DNA of 64,000 nucleotides from Lama glama (lineage: Eukaryota): NCBI GenBank assembly GCA_028534125.1, contig CM052822.1, forward strand, positions 77,996,001 through 78,060,000. Reading direction: 5' to 3'. This document shows positions 37,401 to 49,939 of the stretch, piece after piece. The notes under the pieces are model-generated. The model saw only the letters and a program-made list of their open reading frames with translations, was not told where the DNA came from and did no database searches. A program made the position numbers and the translations under genes. The first letter of the stretch is position 1; each line of letters begins with the position of its first letter.

Positions 37401-40400
37401 CACCTCCCTTGAAGGGGTCAGGACGGAACCCCGCCTTGCGCTCAGATGCCAGCCCCTGGCTCCACCCGACCTCGGGCAGCAGAGCAGGGACAGGGCCCAG
37501 GCACGGCGTGCAGGCGTGCACGTGTGTCTGTGTGTGTGCACAGAGGGGAGACGGAAACAGAGACGGAGCAAGAGGACGGAGAGACGGAAGACTTTCGGCT
37601 GCGTGGGGAGGGTCCTGGTGGAGCGGGGACGCTGGTCGGGGTGGTCGGGGGATTCGACCCGGAATTACACTCACTTCAACCCGTGTTGTTCATCCAGGCC
37701 CCGTGAAAATGCCTGTATCTCCAGGAAGAAGGGGGCTTAGGGTGGGAGGGATACACGGAGAAGTAGGTCACAGAAAGGGTGAAGTCTCAGTGCAGAAACG
37801 GGACAGGCTGGGGGCGGTGCGCCGCCCGCCACCTGCATACACCGGGGCGAATTCCAGGCGGGCACACGCGGCATCATTGCCTGCAGGTGGTTGAACACAG
37901 CGGTCAAAAGGCTTTCACACCTAAGTGACGATTTAGTGCTTCTGGAGAAGCAAGTGTTAAGGCCTTTGGTTAAAAAGGCACCTTTCAGAAGACGGACTCG
38001 AGGCCAAGGCAGGAAGGAATCTGCTCAAAGACACACATGGTAGAGACGAGACGGACTGCTCGTTTGAAGTGTGTTATTCTCACCACATCCTGTGATTTCA
38101 TCTCTCTTCCTAAAAATAAGCGTTTCGCGTGCTGGTGCGGATGTACAGCGACGGGGTCGTGTGGACAATGTTACGCCCCACGTGACGCCTTTCTCTGCTG
38201 GTGTCTTTTTGGCTCTGACCCTCGTACTGCCGCCCCACTCCCGGGGCCGGCCCGCCCCCCCATCTCCAGGAGGCAGCCATCCCTGAGGCTTCTGGGGTTT
38301 GTCTGACCACAAGTTTGTTTCCAGGTGGAGAACTGCTCTCTGCAGCTTTTTCTGAACATGAGACGAAGTTCTGCCGCCAGGCTGGGCATGAGGGGCTCTG
38401 AGGCCGTCCCAGGCCCCAGTTTCAGCGAGTCACAGTTTATCATTCTGACTGCATTCAACTCAAATGACGCGACGTGACCGTGGACGACCTTCCCTCGGCT
38501 GGCGTGGAAGCGTGTTCAGCTGGTGCGGCACGACACTGTCCCAGGGAATTGTCTCTTCCTGTTCAACTGAACGTTAGGGGGAAGTTCAGTTTGTGGAGGG
38601 ACAGTGGGCAGAGCAGCCGTCAATTAAGACAGGTCTGGGGTTTTCTGTTTACTGTTCTTTACACCTGAGGTTCTGGAGCCGACCCGCTGTCGCTCTGCAG
38701 GACACACCTCTGACCTGCACCCCTGGAGGAGGGTGGGAGCCGGCAGACAGTCATCCAGACCAGAGGTCACGTGTGGGGCCAGCCAGGCTCTGCCCTCTGG
38801 CAGCATCAGACCCTGGGACCAAACACTCTGGCCGATACGACGTGCACATTTTGCTACTTGGTCGCTTAAAGAAACTGGGGTCTGTGACCACACGAGGCGT
38901 GACAATCACGAGGACAGCCCCCCCTTCCGCTCAGGCTGGCCCGGGGAGCCATGCCCGTGGGCTTTGCGGCAAACAGGCTGCAGACCACAGAGGGCTGAAC
39001 GGTGTTGAGAGTATGAGACTTGGTTTTTCCTGCTTTGGTGAGAAGATACACCTTTCCGATGGCCGTGCCTGGACCCATCCCGGAGTCGGTCCGATCTGAA
39101 CGTCCTTGTGTCCTCCGTGGGCGGGAGAGGCCTGCCTGGGAGGTGCCAGGCGCAAGGAGGGAAGAGACAGGTTTGGATTCGAGATCTGTGTGTTACCCAT
39201 GCGGCAGGTAGCTGGGCCACGGCAAAGGAAGATTCGGCCGGAGACTAAATTAGCTTTTCACTCCTGGGTACGAGGGGTCCTTGCTCTCCCAGCCCCAGTT
39301 CTGAGCCGTGTGACGTTCCGAGGCTCCCATGGCCACGCAGGGCCCAGACCACCAGGGACACTGGACTGACCCTACATTTCTGGATGACCAGCCCAGCCCC
39401 CAGGACACGGTCAGGCCTGCGGGACGGACCTCCCACGGCACTAAACCCATGGGCTGCTTGGCACCAGCAGCGTCACTCCTCTCGCAGCGGCCTCGTGTCA
39501 GGACACAGCTTGACGGCAGACAGATGCGAGCAGGGTTCAGCTTCTGCTCGGGACACGACCAACGGCAAAGGCAGAAACAGTGACCAGCAGGGAACCCTGG
39601 GGGGGCGTGCCTCTGGGGTGAGGACACACACCGAGGCTGAGAAGCAACCCCAGAACCCACCACGGGAACACAGACACAGCCACGCCAGAGACAGCCCACA
39701 GGAGCCCAACCAGACCTGCCAGTCCTCACGGCCACACGCTGGCCACTAACGGAGGTGACGGAGACATGACCGCTGAGCGCACTGCGGGGTGGGCCTGAGG
39801 GCCAGCTGCAGGGGAAGGTCCTGGGGGCCGGCGGGTGAGATGTGAAGGTCTGCGTGGGAGCTGGTGGCACTGAATCACCGCCAACCCCCTGGCCGCGGCT
39901 GGCCCCTGTGGTCACGTCAGGTGTTAACCTTGGGGAGCTGGCCGTGCGTACATGGGGATTATTTGCATTATTTCTGCAAGCTTTTTGCTTAAAATAACTG
40001 CAAATTTAAAAATGTCTAAGCAAACATGAAGTGTGCGTTGACCTACAGAGCACCTTCGTGTAGTAGTCACGCTCCACACCAGGTTCCTGCACGTTACGGG
40101 GCCCAAATGAAGCAGAGGGACAGAGGGGAGTCTCCATGCTTGTGTCACCGAGCTGCTTCCAACCTCCCCCCAGTGCAGGCAGAGACCAGGGCAGGTGTGA
40201 CCACCCACTGGACACGGCGTGGCTGGGCAGAGACCCTAAGCGCTTCCTTGGGTTCTACTTAGAACAGTCCTGTGAGTCTACAAGCGAGAACGAAGTTACT
40301 CCTGCCTCAGTGCTCGGGGCTGGCTTTGGCAATGTAGCACCAGGCAAATGACCATGTTCAGGGATCGTGAGAGATGAGCCCGTGTGTGTCAGGGCCCAAG

Positions 40401-41362
40401 TGTGCTGCCCAGCCGTCCAGGCTCGTGGCCTCTTCCCGCTCAGCCCACGTGCCCCCGTCGAGCTGAGACCCAGCGCTGCGCTGTTTTTCCTCCTGTGAGA
40501 GCCAGACCGAGGGCTTAGGAACTGTGTGCACTCTGTGGGGGACAGTAAGACCCCACCAGGGCGGGACGACTGGGCTGGGGTCCCAGAATAGTCGCCCCCG
40601 GGCACCAGAGCCCGATCCAGCTTGACCTCACCGGAGTGCTTCTTACAACTTACAGTCCCCTTACGTATAAAGCAGTGACTCTGCACGAGCAGCCGTAGTG
40701 ATTTTAGGCCTTCTGTGCAGGCGCTAATCGCATCGGGAAGGTTGGGACTACGCTGAGAGAAAACTCTGTGTTTCACGGCTTCAGCGCCAGCGGGAGCTTC
40801 TGCTGCTGGGTGGGGACATTCCCGGCACGCTACAGGACCGGCCCGTCCTGTTCCCCCGTTCCTAGCTCTGGTCAAGCCCAGGTTAACTATAATCTTTCGT
40901 CTTTTGCAAACTTGGTCTTTTCAGTAAGTACGCACACGAGTGGCGCTCAGGACCCCGGGCACCCTGGGGACTTGTGATGACCGCACAGCGGAGCCGGGGC
41001 CGTGGGGGCTGGAAACACGGCAGGCGGCACAGGATGTTTCGTGAGTGCGGAACATTCCACGCGAAGGTGCTGAGGTTCACCACGGACCTGTTTCTATAAA
41101 AATGCCACGTTCTCCCCCTGCTCCCGAATCTGGTAAGTGGGGAGATCCAGGAACTTGAGATCTGACTGCACTTTCTTATGCTGGGATGTCGGAGACGCTG
41201 CCAGAAATGCCCAAGACCCTCCCGGGAAGGGCTGGCCGCGTCCTGCCCTGCCCAGGACTGGGGCGGCGGGTGGCCAGCGGGCCCAACCCTCGCTCCTCCG
41301 GGAAAACCAGCACAGAAGGACACCGCCAAAGCCCCTGCTGCCCCAGGGACCGGCCACAGTAC

Positions 41363-41436
41363 CTTGGTCTGGACCATGCCTGGTCTCTGGTCCCTCAGGT
41401 GCTCCAGCGTCGCCGCAATGTCGATCTCCTTAGCAC
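41363..41436 (-). CDS. PTPRN2: PTPRN2 coding exon (about exon 22), 74 nt, phase 1/0: (G)[24 protein letters not shown]
   Basis: Acceptor tgtttgttgcag|GTGCT and donor AAG|gtactg; Q-loop motif [11 protein letters not shown]. Confidence 0.97.
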
Positions 41437-44400
41437 CTGCAACAAACACAAACTGGGCTGAGTTCCGACGCAAGGCAGTCCGCGGGCGCTCCCAGGCTGT
41501 CCCTCTCCTGATGCCAGGGTCCCTCTGGGCTAGAGGCCACCTGGAAATGACCCCTGCCAGCCCTCAGCAGGCCGGCCGGCAGTGGCGGTTTCAGCGAGCA
41601 CGCGGAAACACAAGCCCAGGCTTGTCAGCACGAACTCGAGAAAGCTGGGCTGGAAAAGCATTATCAGGCGCCTGTCAGAGATTCGCCGCCAGCTCGCCAA
41701 CGCCATTAGAGTCTAGGGCGTTCCTCATTTTGCATTTTGTTTTTGGTGGCATTTTAAAGAATGTTTTAAACCACAGAAAGCAGTGTAAGAGCTTCAATTT
41801 TTATTGCCTAGAACTTTTAATTAGGGAAATGAAAAATGAGGCTGACAAACCTCACACATCTCAACGTTGGCCGTAAGCGCAGAGCTCCCTCCTCTCAGAA
41901 GCCAGCGCTCCTAACGCACAGAAAATGCGAGGACGCCCGCCGTGTCCACAGGTCAGTCGTGTGGTCGGGAGCCCCCCCTACAGGGGTGCCCACCAGACGT
42001 CACGTGATCAGGAGCCAGGGACATAACGCTACCTGAGTTTTAAAATGTTCCTTTATCGTGAATTCCACATGGATTCTTGGTTTTCCATTTTGCTGGGTCC
42101 CCTGGTGGATGGACAGTGAACAGGACAGGCTCCCCAGTGTCTTATGGTGCAGAGGGGAGCTCCTCCCTCCGCAGCACCATGATGCTGAACGCTGCCGGGC
42201 CTGGGAGGGGCGGCACCTCTGCAGGCGGCAGGGACCCACATGCCAGACCCCAAGCAGGTGCATGTCGTGTGCAGAACTTCCTCTCTCAGCACCAGACCTG
42301 TTACCGCCCTGGGTAGAGGACGCCGAGGCTCGCCCAGGGTGAAGGCTTGTCCCGGTCACACAGAGCAGGTGGCCGCACTCATCGGGCCCGGGTGTGGAAG
42401 ACAGACCCAGCCAGGCCATCAGAAGTGCTCCACCCCTCCCTCTCGCCCCAGCGCACACACTGCTGCCTCAGCTGTCAGCCGAGGAGGGGTGGGGGGAGCC
42501 TTACACCTTGGAGGCCACGCCCCGCACTGTCCTGAGCTTCATCCCGGGGCTGTGGCTTCGCTAGGTGTCCGCTGAGCAGCCAGCGCCGTGTTTCAAGCAG
42601 CAGGCTGAGACAGACTTTGGGAGGTGCCGTGGGGATGTGCGGGTGAGAGTGGGAGGGAAACGGGGGGGACTGCAAACTCTTGTGGGCGGCTGGCGGCCGG
42701 GAAGGAAGGCAGACGGTGGGGAGGGCCTGGGGGAAATACGTCCCAACACCATGTTGCATTTGCAGAAGGGGAAACGGGAGAATCTGGCAAGAAGTCGCTC
42801 AGGCTGGAGACCAGGGTCTGGGCTGACCCTGCTCGGCCCTTAGCGCCCGGAGGCTGTGGGTCAGCCTGGGCTCCACAGATCTCAGCCCGCTGCGCTTCCA
42901 GACAGCGAACGTGTCCTCCTGTGCAGGGCATCGCCTGGTGCCCCCGGCTGTTCAGTCAGAGCCTTTCTAGGAAGGGGAAGAATCTCGCTTTGGGAACAGC
43001 AGACGCCCTGGGCAGCTCAGCCGTCGGGGACCCCGCGACCCTTGTCCAGGCCGAGACGTGGTGACAGCGCTTTTGCTGCCATTTAATTTCACGTGTGACG
43101 CTGCCCAGCTGTGGGCGGGGCGCAGACTGCCCCACGGGAGGTCCCGGGTGGGTGCGGAGCTCGCTCGTGAGGACCCAGCGGCGGCGTGTTTACTCCACGA
43201 CGCGTGGAACGCGTTAGGTGCTCAGTGAACCCGACTCTGCGGATCCTGCGGCCAGAGCCCTCCCTCGGAGCCGCCCTGCCCCCCAGCCGGGGGCCCCACT
43301 GCTCCGTGGGCCCCAGGAGGACGGGGCGTGCAGTGGGGCGTCTGAGCCACCGGACGGCGAAGAGCCTAGACCTTCCAAATGAAGTACTGGGGGTCCCTGT
43401 GGGATACGGACCTGAAGACCCTGTCTTTTTAACCTTGTTCACGGCCCGGTTTCTCAGTCTCTGAAACTGGCTTAAAAACTCAACGGCCGTTTTCCTCTGA
43501 AGGGCAAGTCTGAACTCCACAACCAGCAGTCGAGTCCCAAACACCCCTGGTCCTTCCTCGGGGGCCCGGGATGACCGTGTGGGGTCCTGCCTGGGGCCAC
43601 GGCCGCTCCCGGCGCTGGGCCTGGAAGGGCAGCCACGCGGGGAGGTGGTCCTGCTAGCGGGACCCTGGGGTCGGGTGCTACGGACACGTGGCTCTCGTTT
43701 CACTGCCATGTGACTTCGGACGTCCGTTGTGAGGGAAGCGGGAAAAAAGGGAGGAAGTCTCATTAGGTTTTCCCCGGACAAGGCACTTAAACCTGAGACG
43801 CCGCAGGGATGGCATCTCAGAACCACGCTTCGCCTGAAGCCAAGACTGAACGGTGGAGGAAATCAAATTAATGCTTAAAAAACGTACAGCCCTGAAAACA
43901 GAGAAGCACCGGATTTATCACGTGAACCAACTGTCGGATGCGGACGACTAACCTCTCCCTGCGTGCTCGGGTTACGAATAATTAATTATCTGAAGCGTGT
44001 GCAGAGGCAGCAGTTTTCACAGAACGCACGCGCGCGGTCTCTTCTGTGGGGGAGGCATGGTGCTGCGCCCCCTTCAGCCACCCTGAGCCTCACAGCAACC
44101 TCGACCTCGTGGAACGTGAAACACACGATCCGTTTATAAAATGGAGTCTCGGGGTTGGGAGGGAGGGGGAGGGGTACGCGTCCTCCGTCACTTTATAAAA
44201 GGCTTTACTGAAGGTAAAAGGATTTATTTAAATCCCCCAAGATCCGGAACCTCCCCTCTAGCGTATTTAAAATGGAATCCTCTCTTTGAAAATCCCATTT
44301 TACCAAAAAGATGTCAAGTTCCAGGTGGACAGGCAGCTTGGGTGCGGCGCTCAGGTCGAAGGGCACGTGGAATGTAGAAGAATCAATTTAACAGGCAAAC

Positions 44401-46859
44401 CAAAGCCAGAGGCCAGAGGGCAGAGGGCAGCAGGACAGCCCTCGCAGCCCAGGCCGGGACGTGCGGGGCGTGACCCCGGGGAGAGGTGGCCGCGAAGTGT
44501 CAGCACTGTGCTGATGGGAGAGGAATGCGTACCTACGTGCATCATTCTGGGCTTGGTGAAAGCTGGTGAGTCCATGAACGGATGTCCGGGATGGAGGCAG
44601 CCTGTGCGGCTGGTGTCCCGAGAGGGGACGGCCCGGTGCACCCCGTACCCGCTCAGCACACCCGAGCACCCTCGGCCGTGGTTTCCAAACACGCTCAGGG
44701 GTCATGGGTTTCCAAGGTCACATACTGGTGAGACACTCTTAAGACAACAGAGGCTTTTTAGCTTTAGATTCAAAAGTATTAACCGTTAAACAAGAAACGT
44801 GAAAAGAACGCTGGTATTGAAATATCGCAACTGTTCTGTACGATGTGAGAAGCAATTTGAAGCGAAAGAAAGCCAAGCATATGTGCCTCTTTACAAGGTC
44901 TGCTCTGATCTCTCCTGGGCTGGCTGGCTGGCTGAGGGAGTCCTGGATTCGCCGGGTGGCGGGGGCGCCACCTCCTGCCCGGGGACCGCGGCCACGGCCA
45001 GGAAGACGGTCCTCGCCAGGCTCTCCACTCTCTCTTTAGCCGACGCCCAGTAACCATCAAGCAATAGACAGAAACATGTTTTGTTGCAGACTTTTTACCC
45101 AGGAGATCTTGCAAATTGCAGGGGTTCCAAGTTTCCTTTTTCCTTCGGTGTGAAAAGGACGTTACGTGCCAGGTGCACGAGAGAGAAAGGCCTTTATTTT
45201 GCAGGAGGAAACGGCCTCGATTCCACCCCTGGGAAGAAAAGAGGAGACGCTCTGCTTCTATCTAAAGACACTCGAAGGACAAAGGGAAAAACGGTGACAA
45301 TTACGAATCTGAGAACGGAGTAGAACCCCTCCCACGCCCAGGAGGGCGGAGCTGTTTGGCCGCTGGCGCTGGGAGTCTGCTGTCTTCGGCGGAGCTCCGT
45401 TCTGGACGGGAGGGCTGGACGTGAAGGGCAGGGGTGGGCGGAATCCACACCCTCATGGGCAGAACCTCCCCCACATCGGGCCGGGCGGATTCACAGCCAG
45501 AGCTCGCTCTGGGTCAACAGGACGACTGAGCCTTGAGTCAAGTGACCGTGAGTCAGGGAGGCTCCGGGGCACCAGTCAGAGAGCTGCCCTGGTCCAGCCT
45601 CCGGGGGTCAGTGCCTCCCCCAGGCCTTAAGCCCGCGCGGTGTCTGTGCACAGGGGCACACGCAGGGGCACGCGCACACATGGTCCTGGTCGCCTGTGCC
45701 CGACAGGGTTCCCTTCATGTCTCTGGATGCTCTCGGTCAACTCAGGATTTATCAGAATTGCAACCAGGAAGGTTTTTTGCTGGCTTTCTGGATTAATTAG
45801 AATCTCTCCGCAAGGTTTCACTGGGATCCAAGGAGACAAATGGGCCTTCTAATCACTTGAAAATCAAAAAAATCAAGTGTATCAGGACCCGGACACAAGA
45901 GGCGTTTTTCATGCTTTTTTGAAGAACAAATGCAAAGTCACTTTACAGGAGAAACTGGGATGCCTCCAAATCTATAAAAAATACGAGTTAAGCAAAGTAG
46001 GCCCCTGTACTGCCTCTTTAAATTCACTGTCCGTCAGTACTCCGGGAGAGCGGGGAACGCAGAGCCGTGTGCTGGTAGTTTTCTGTCACGTGCTGGGACT
46101 CCTGGCGGCATCGAGCTGAGAGCTGGACCTGTGCCCACAGGCACTCGGCCACACAAGGAGGGCGCTAGGAAGGGACGCCTGTGGATGGAGTGCAGGCGTG
46201 ACCATCCCGAGGGCCGAGTGTCTCCCGAGCACCCTGCTCAGACCACGGTCCCCGCTGCCCCGTGAAAGCAGGCACTGCAGGCGCGGAGCGCGAATGAGGC
46301 GCAGATGCAGTGACGCCTTGATGGGGGCGCGGACGGCATCACGGCGCCACCCCACGACAGGGTGCCGCCGGCGAGCCTGGACATGCCCGGGGCCTCGGCT
46401 GCAGGCCTTACGAGCCGGCGGCGTGTGGGCTGCCCCGCGACGTGTGACTGCAGGGGCCCACTGAGCCGTGAAGGATCCGGCAAGGTTCAGGAGGGCAGAG
46501 GGGCTTGGATGACATACCCCCGTTTCACCAGGAGACGACACGTTTGGGTCTCTGCCTCACGGAGCCAAGTGTTGGAGTAAATGAGCTGCCAGGTCCCCTT
46601 TGGCGAACGGTCTACTTTCCCTGTCTTGTTGGCCATGTGGTCCCGACACCCAGACAAGGTGCCCAGTAAATACCAGGTAGAAATAGTGCTTCCGTGGCCT
46701 AGTCTAAGATCTGCCAGAGGAGGTACGGGACTGAGGTGGCGGCCAAGATGGACAGCAGGACCTGCGGGAGGAGAAAGGGGCTGGGGGCCAGAGTGCACGT
46801 GCCACACCCAGACCCGTGCCAGGACCTGCGTCCTGCAGGAAAGAGCCGCGAGGCCCCGA

Positions 46860-46901
<42 letters not shown>
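46860..46901 (+). repeat. (GAT)14 perfect trinucleotide microsatellite, intronic
   Basis: Directly visible. Confidence 0.97.
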
Positions 46902-46902
<1 letters not shown>

Positions 46903-47261
46903 TGAGAGTGGGAAGAGGGGGCTCCTGGGGCCCTTCTCTTTGAGACATCCCACTGACCACCAGGTGCAGAAGAGATGGGGACAGAACCGGGCGGGGACAC
47001 TGGTCTAGAGGCAGAGGCCTGGGCACACCTTCACTTCTGTTCCCTCGAGCGGAGCACCCAGTGCAACTTCCTGCCTTGGATGTGCTCTCCACCTGCACTG
47101 CCCATCTGGCAGCCCGTGCGCACCTGCGGCTCCAGGGCACAGGGCACGTGGCTGGTGTTTCAACCTTAACTCACGGAAGCTGCCACGTGTGGCTAGTCAG
47201 GTCCGGGGTAGTGCTGGCTTTCAAAGGTTCAGTGAGCCAATGAAATATTACCTCTCCCCGG

Positions 47262-48150
47262 ATGGGAGAAAATATTTGCAAGTCACACCTCTGAAAAGGG
47301 TCTGATAGTCCCAATATTTAAAGAACTCCTTCCACTCAATGACAGCAAACAAACAGCTCGATTAAAAAATGGGCAAAGAGCCTGAACAGACCCTTCTCTA
47401 AAGGAAACATCCAACGGTCCACAAACACAGGAAAAGAAGCTCAACATCTCTCGTCTTTAAGAAAATGCAATCCTAAACCACAGTGAGACGCTGCCCCACA
47501 CCCGCGAGGGCTACTACCCAAACCCAGAGAACCACACGTGCCGCAGCGGCTGTGGGGCGGCAAGCTGGAGCGCTGCTGGCGGGCGTGTACAATGGGGCAG
47601 CTGCTGTGAGAGACGGTCTGGAGGCTCCTCGAAAACTGAACACAGGACCACCACGTGATCCAGCAGTTCTGCTCTAGGAACACCCATGACCCTGGAAAAT
47701 CGGAAGCAGAAACTCAGAGATACCTGCACACCCGTGGTCGCAGCACCATTATTTCCGCAGTTGAAAGCTGGAAGCAATGCACCTTATCCGTCCATCCATC
47801 GACAGAGGGATAAGTGAAATGTGGTCCACACGTGCGACGGGATGTCGTTCAGCACCAACAAGGAAGGGATCCTGACGCCTGTGGCAACACGGATGGACCT
47901 CGAGGACGTGATGCTCGGTGACGTAAGCCAGGCACAGAAGGACGGGTGATGTGTGGTTCCACTCCTGTGAGGCCCTGCGGTCGTCGGATCCACAGGGACC
48001 CAAGGCAGAATGGAGCTATGCACCCCCTCCTGCGGGGACATGCTCCCCGACGGCACCGTGTGACAGGAGGACAGGTCGGCTTGCTGAGGATGGAAGCCGG
48101 GTGCTGGACCGATGGCCGTGCGGGCGCTGGGCCTGCACTCACACTGTGCT
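47262..48150 (+). mobile_element. Old LINE-1 (L1M) 3' fragment, antisense to PTPRN2
   Basis: atgggagaaaatatttgca, ttaaaaaatgggcaaaga, gaaaatgcaatcctaaaccacagtgaga and gcaacacggatggacctcgaggacgtgatgct are L1 ORF2-end/3' UTR landmarks. Confidence 0.85.
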
Positions 48151-49262
48151 GCGGCCCCTCAGGAACAAACTCCCATCCAGCCTGAGCGTAAGAGGCGGTT
48201 CCCGGCACGCCTGCCCACCCGGCCCGGTGGGACAGTCATGAAAGAAATTCCAGTCCCACGGCTCCTGCCAAACGAGGGGGCGGCCTCCCAGGACAGTCGG
48301 GGCTGGTGGCGGCTCAGCGCCAGGAGGCTCGGGCAGGACTGCTGCTTCGCAGAGGTGGGGTTTCCGCCACCGCCCCCGGGGACCGCATCTGCTGGGTCCC
48401 CGGGAAGCCCGCCGTCCACCCGGCACTCCCCGTTCCCTTAAAAGCTGTGATGAAAAATGGAAAACCCTGGGCAGACTGCTGTCACGGATGAAATGTAAAA
48501 GGCACAAGCTCGCACAGTGTCCCGGCTGCAAAGGCAGTGTCGCTGTGTTTGAGCCAGGGCCCTCAGCGAGAGAGGTGCGGGCTTCCAAACACTGACTCTG
48601 ACCCGGAGTGTGAACGGCGAGCTAGAAGCGTGTCTGCAGCCACAGGAAGAATGTGCAGAAGAATGTTACAGGTCGACACCTACTTTCCCACCACAAGCCT
48701 GGCGCAGAGGGCCAGGCCCCCCGACCGCTCAGACTCCACGCTGCATCACTGTCTGCTTGCAAATAGACCAGGCGGTGCAGAAAGAACTGAAATTACCCCT
48801 GGTTTGTTCTCAAAGGCCCCAAAGTGGCACCGAACGCCTTAATCCCTGAAAGCCTGTGTGAACAGCCATGGCTCCGAGGCAGTGGCCGCGGCCGGGCCAG
48901 CTCAGTCGGCGGGGCTCACACCCGTGCAGGGGCACTTCGGACAGCCATTCTTTGGTCCTCGTGCAATTCACCCCTTTCAAGAAAAGGAAACGGGAAGAAA
49001 GGGTGGGTGTCCAGGCCTGGGGCCTTTGATCATCTGATGGACGCGGGGCCAGCAGCGCAGGCCCCCAGCTTCTCAGGCCAGACAAAGGTGGCCCGGCAAC
49101 ACAGGCCCCCGAGCCCGGGCCAGAACAAAGCGTGGGCGGCCGCTCCCCGCGGCGGCCTGGGAAAGGCCCACCTCGGCTGGCGAGGGGCCGCCCTGCCCTT
49201 TGATCTCTCCCGAGACCCTGGTCTGGGCCCCAGGTCAGGGGATTTCACATCGCACGCCCCCC

Positions 49263-49762
49263 NNNNNNNNNNNNNNNNNNNNNNNNNNNNNNNNNNNNNN
49301 NNNNNNNNNNNNNNNNNNNNNNNNNNNNNNNNNNNNNNNNNNNNNNNNNNNNNNNNNNNNNNNNNNNNNNNNNNNNNNNNNNNNNNNNNNNNNNNNNNNN
49401 NNNNNNNNNNNNNNNNNNNNNNNNNNNNNNNNNNNNNNNNNNNNNNNNNNNNNNNNNNNNNNNNNNNNNNNNNNNNNNNNNNNNNNNNNNNNNNNNNNNN
49501 NNNNNNNNNNNNNNNNNNNNNNNNNNNNNNNNNNNNNNNNNNNNNNNNNNNNNNNNNNNNNNNNNNNNNNNNNNNNNNNNNNNNNNNNNNNNNNNNNNNN
49601 NNNNNNNNNNNNNNNNNNNNNNNNNNNNNNNNNNNNNNNNNNNNNNNNNNNNNNNNNNNNNNNNNNNNNNNNNNNNNNNNNNNNNNNNNNNNNNNNNNNN
49701 NNNNNNNNNNNNNNNNNNNNNNNNNNNNNNNNNNNNNNNNNNNNNNNNNNNNNNNNNNNNNN
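49263..49762. other. Assembly gap, exactly 500 N; most likely location of the missing PTPRN2 exon
   Basis: Run of N. The round size suggests a placeholder; flanked by a C-run on the left and a polypurine tract on the right. Confidence 0.95.
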
Positions 49763-49939
49763 ACAGAGATGGGGAGGGGGGTGAGAGAGGAGGGGGAGGG
49801 CGAGGGGGGAGGGGGAAGAGGGGAGAACTGTGGGGGAGGGGAAAGAAGAGGAGGGAGAGAGGAGGGGGAGGGAGAGACAGAGGGGGAGGAGGGGAGGGGG
49901 AGGGGAAGAGCGGGAGGAGGGGGGGAGGGGGCTGGGAGA
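49763..49939 (+). repeat. Polypurine G/A-rich low-complexity tract
   Basis: Almost exclusively G and A with many G3-G7 runs, abutting the 500-N gap. Confidence 0.9.

Noticed and set aside
46487-47140. ORFs with poly-Asp, poly-His, poly-Ser or poly-Ile runs
   Set aside because: All are translations of the (GAT)14 microsatellite.
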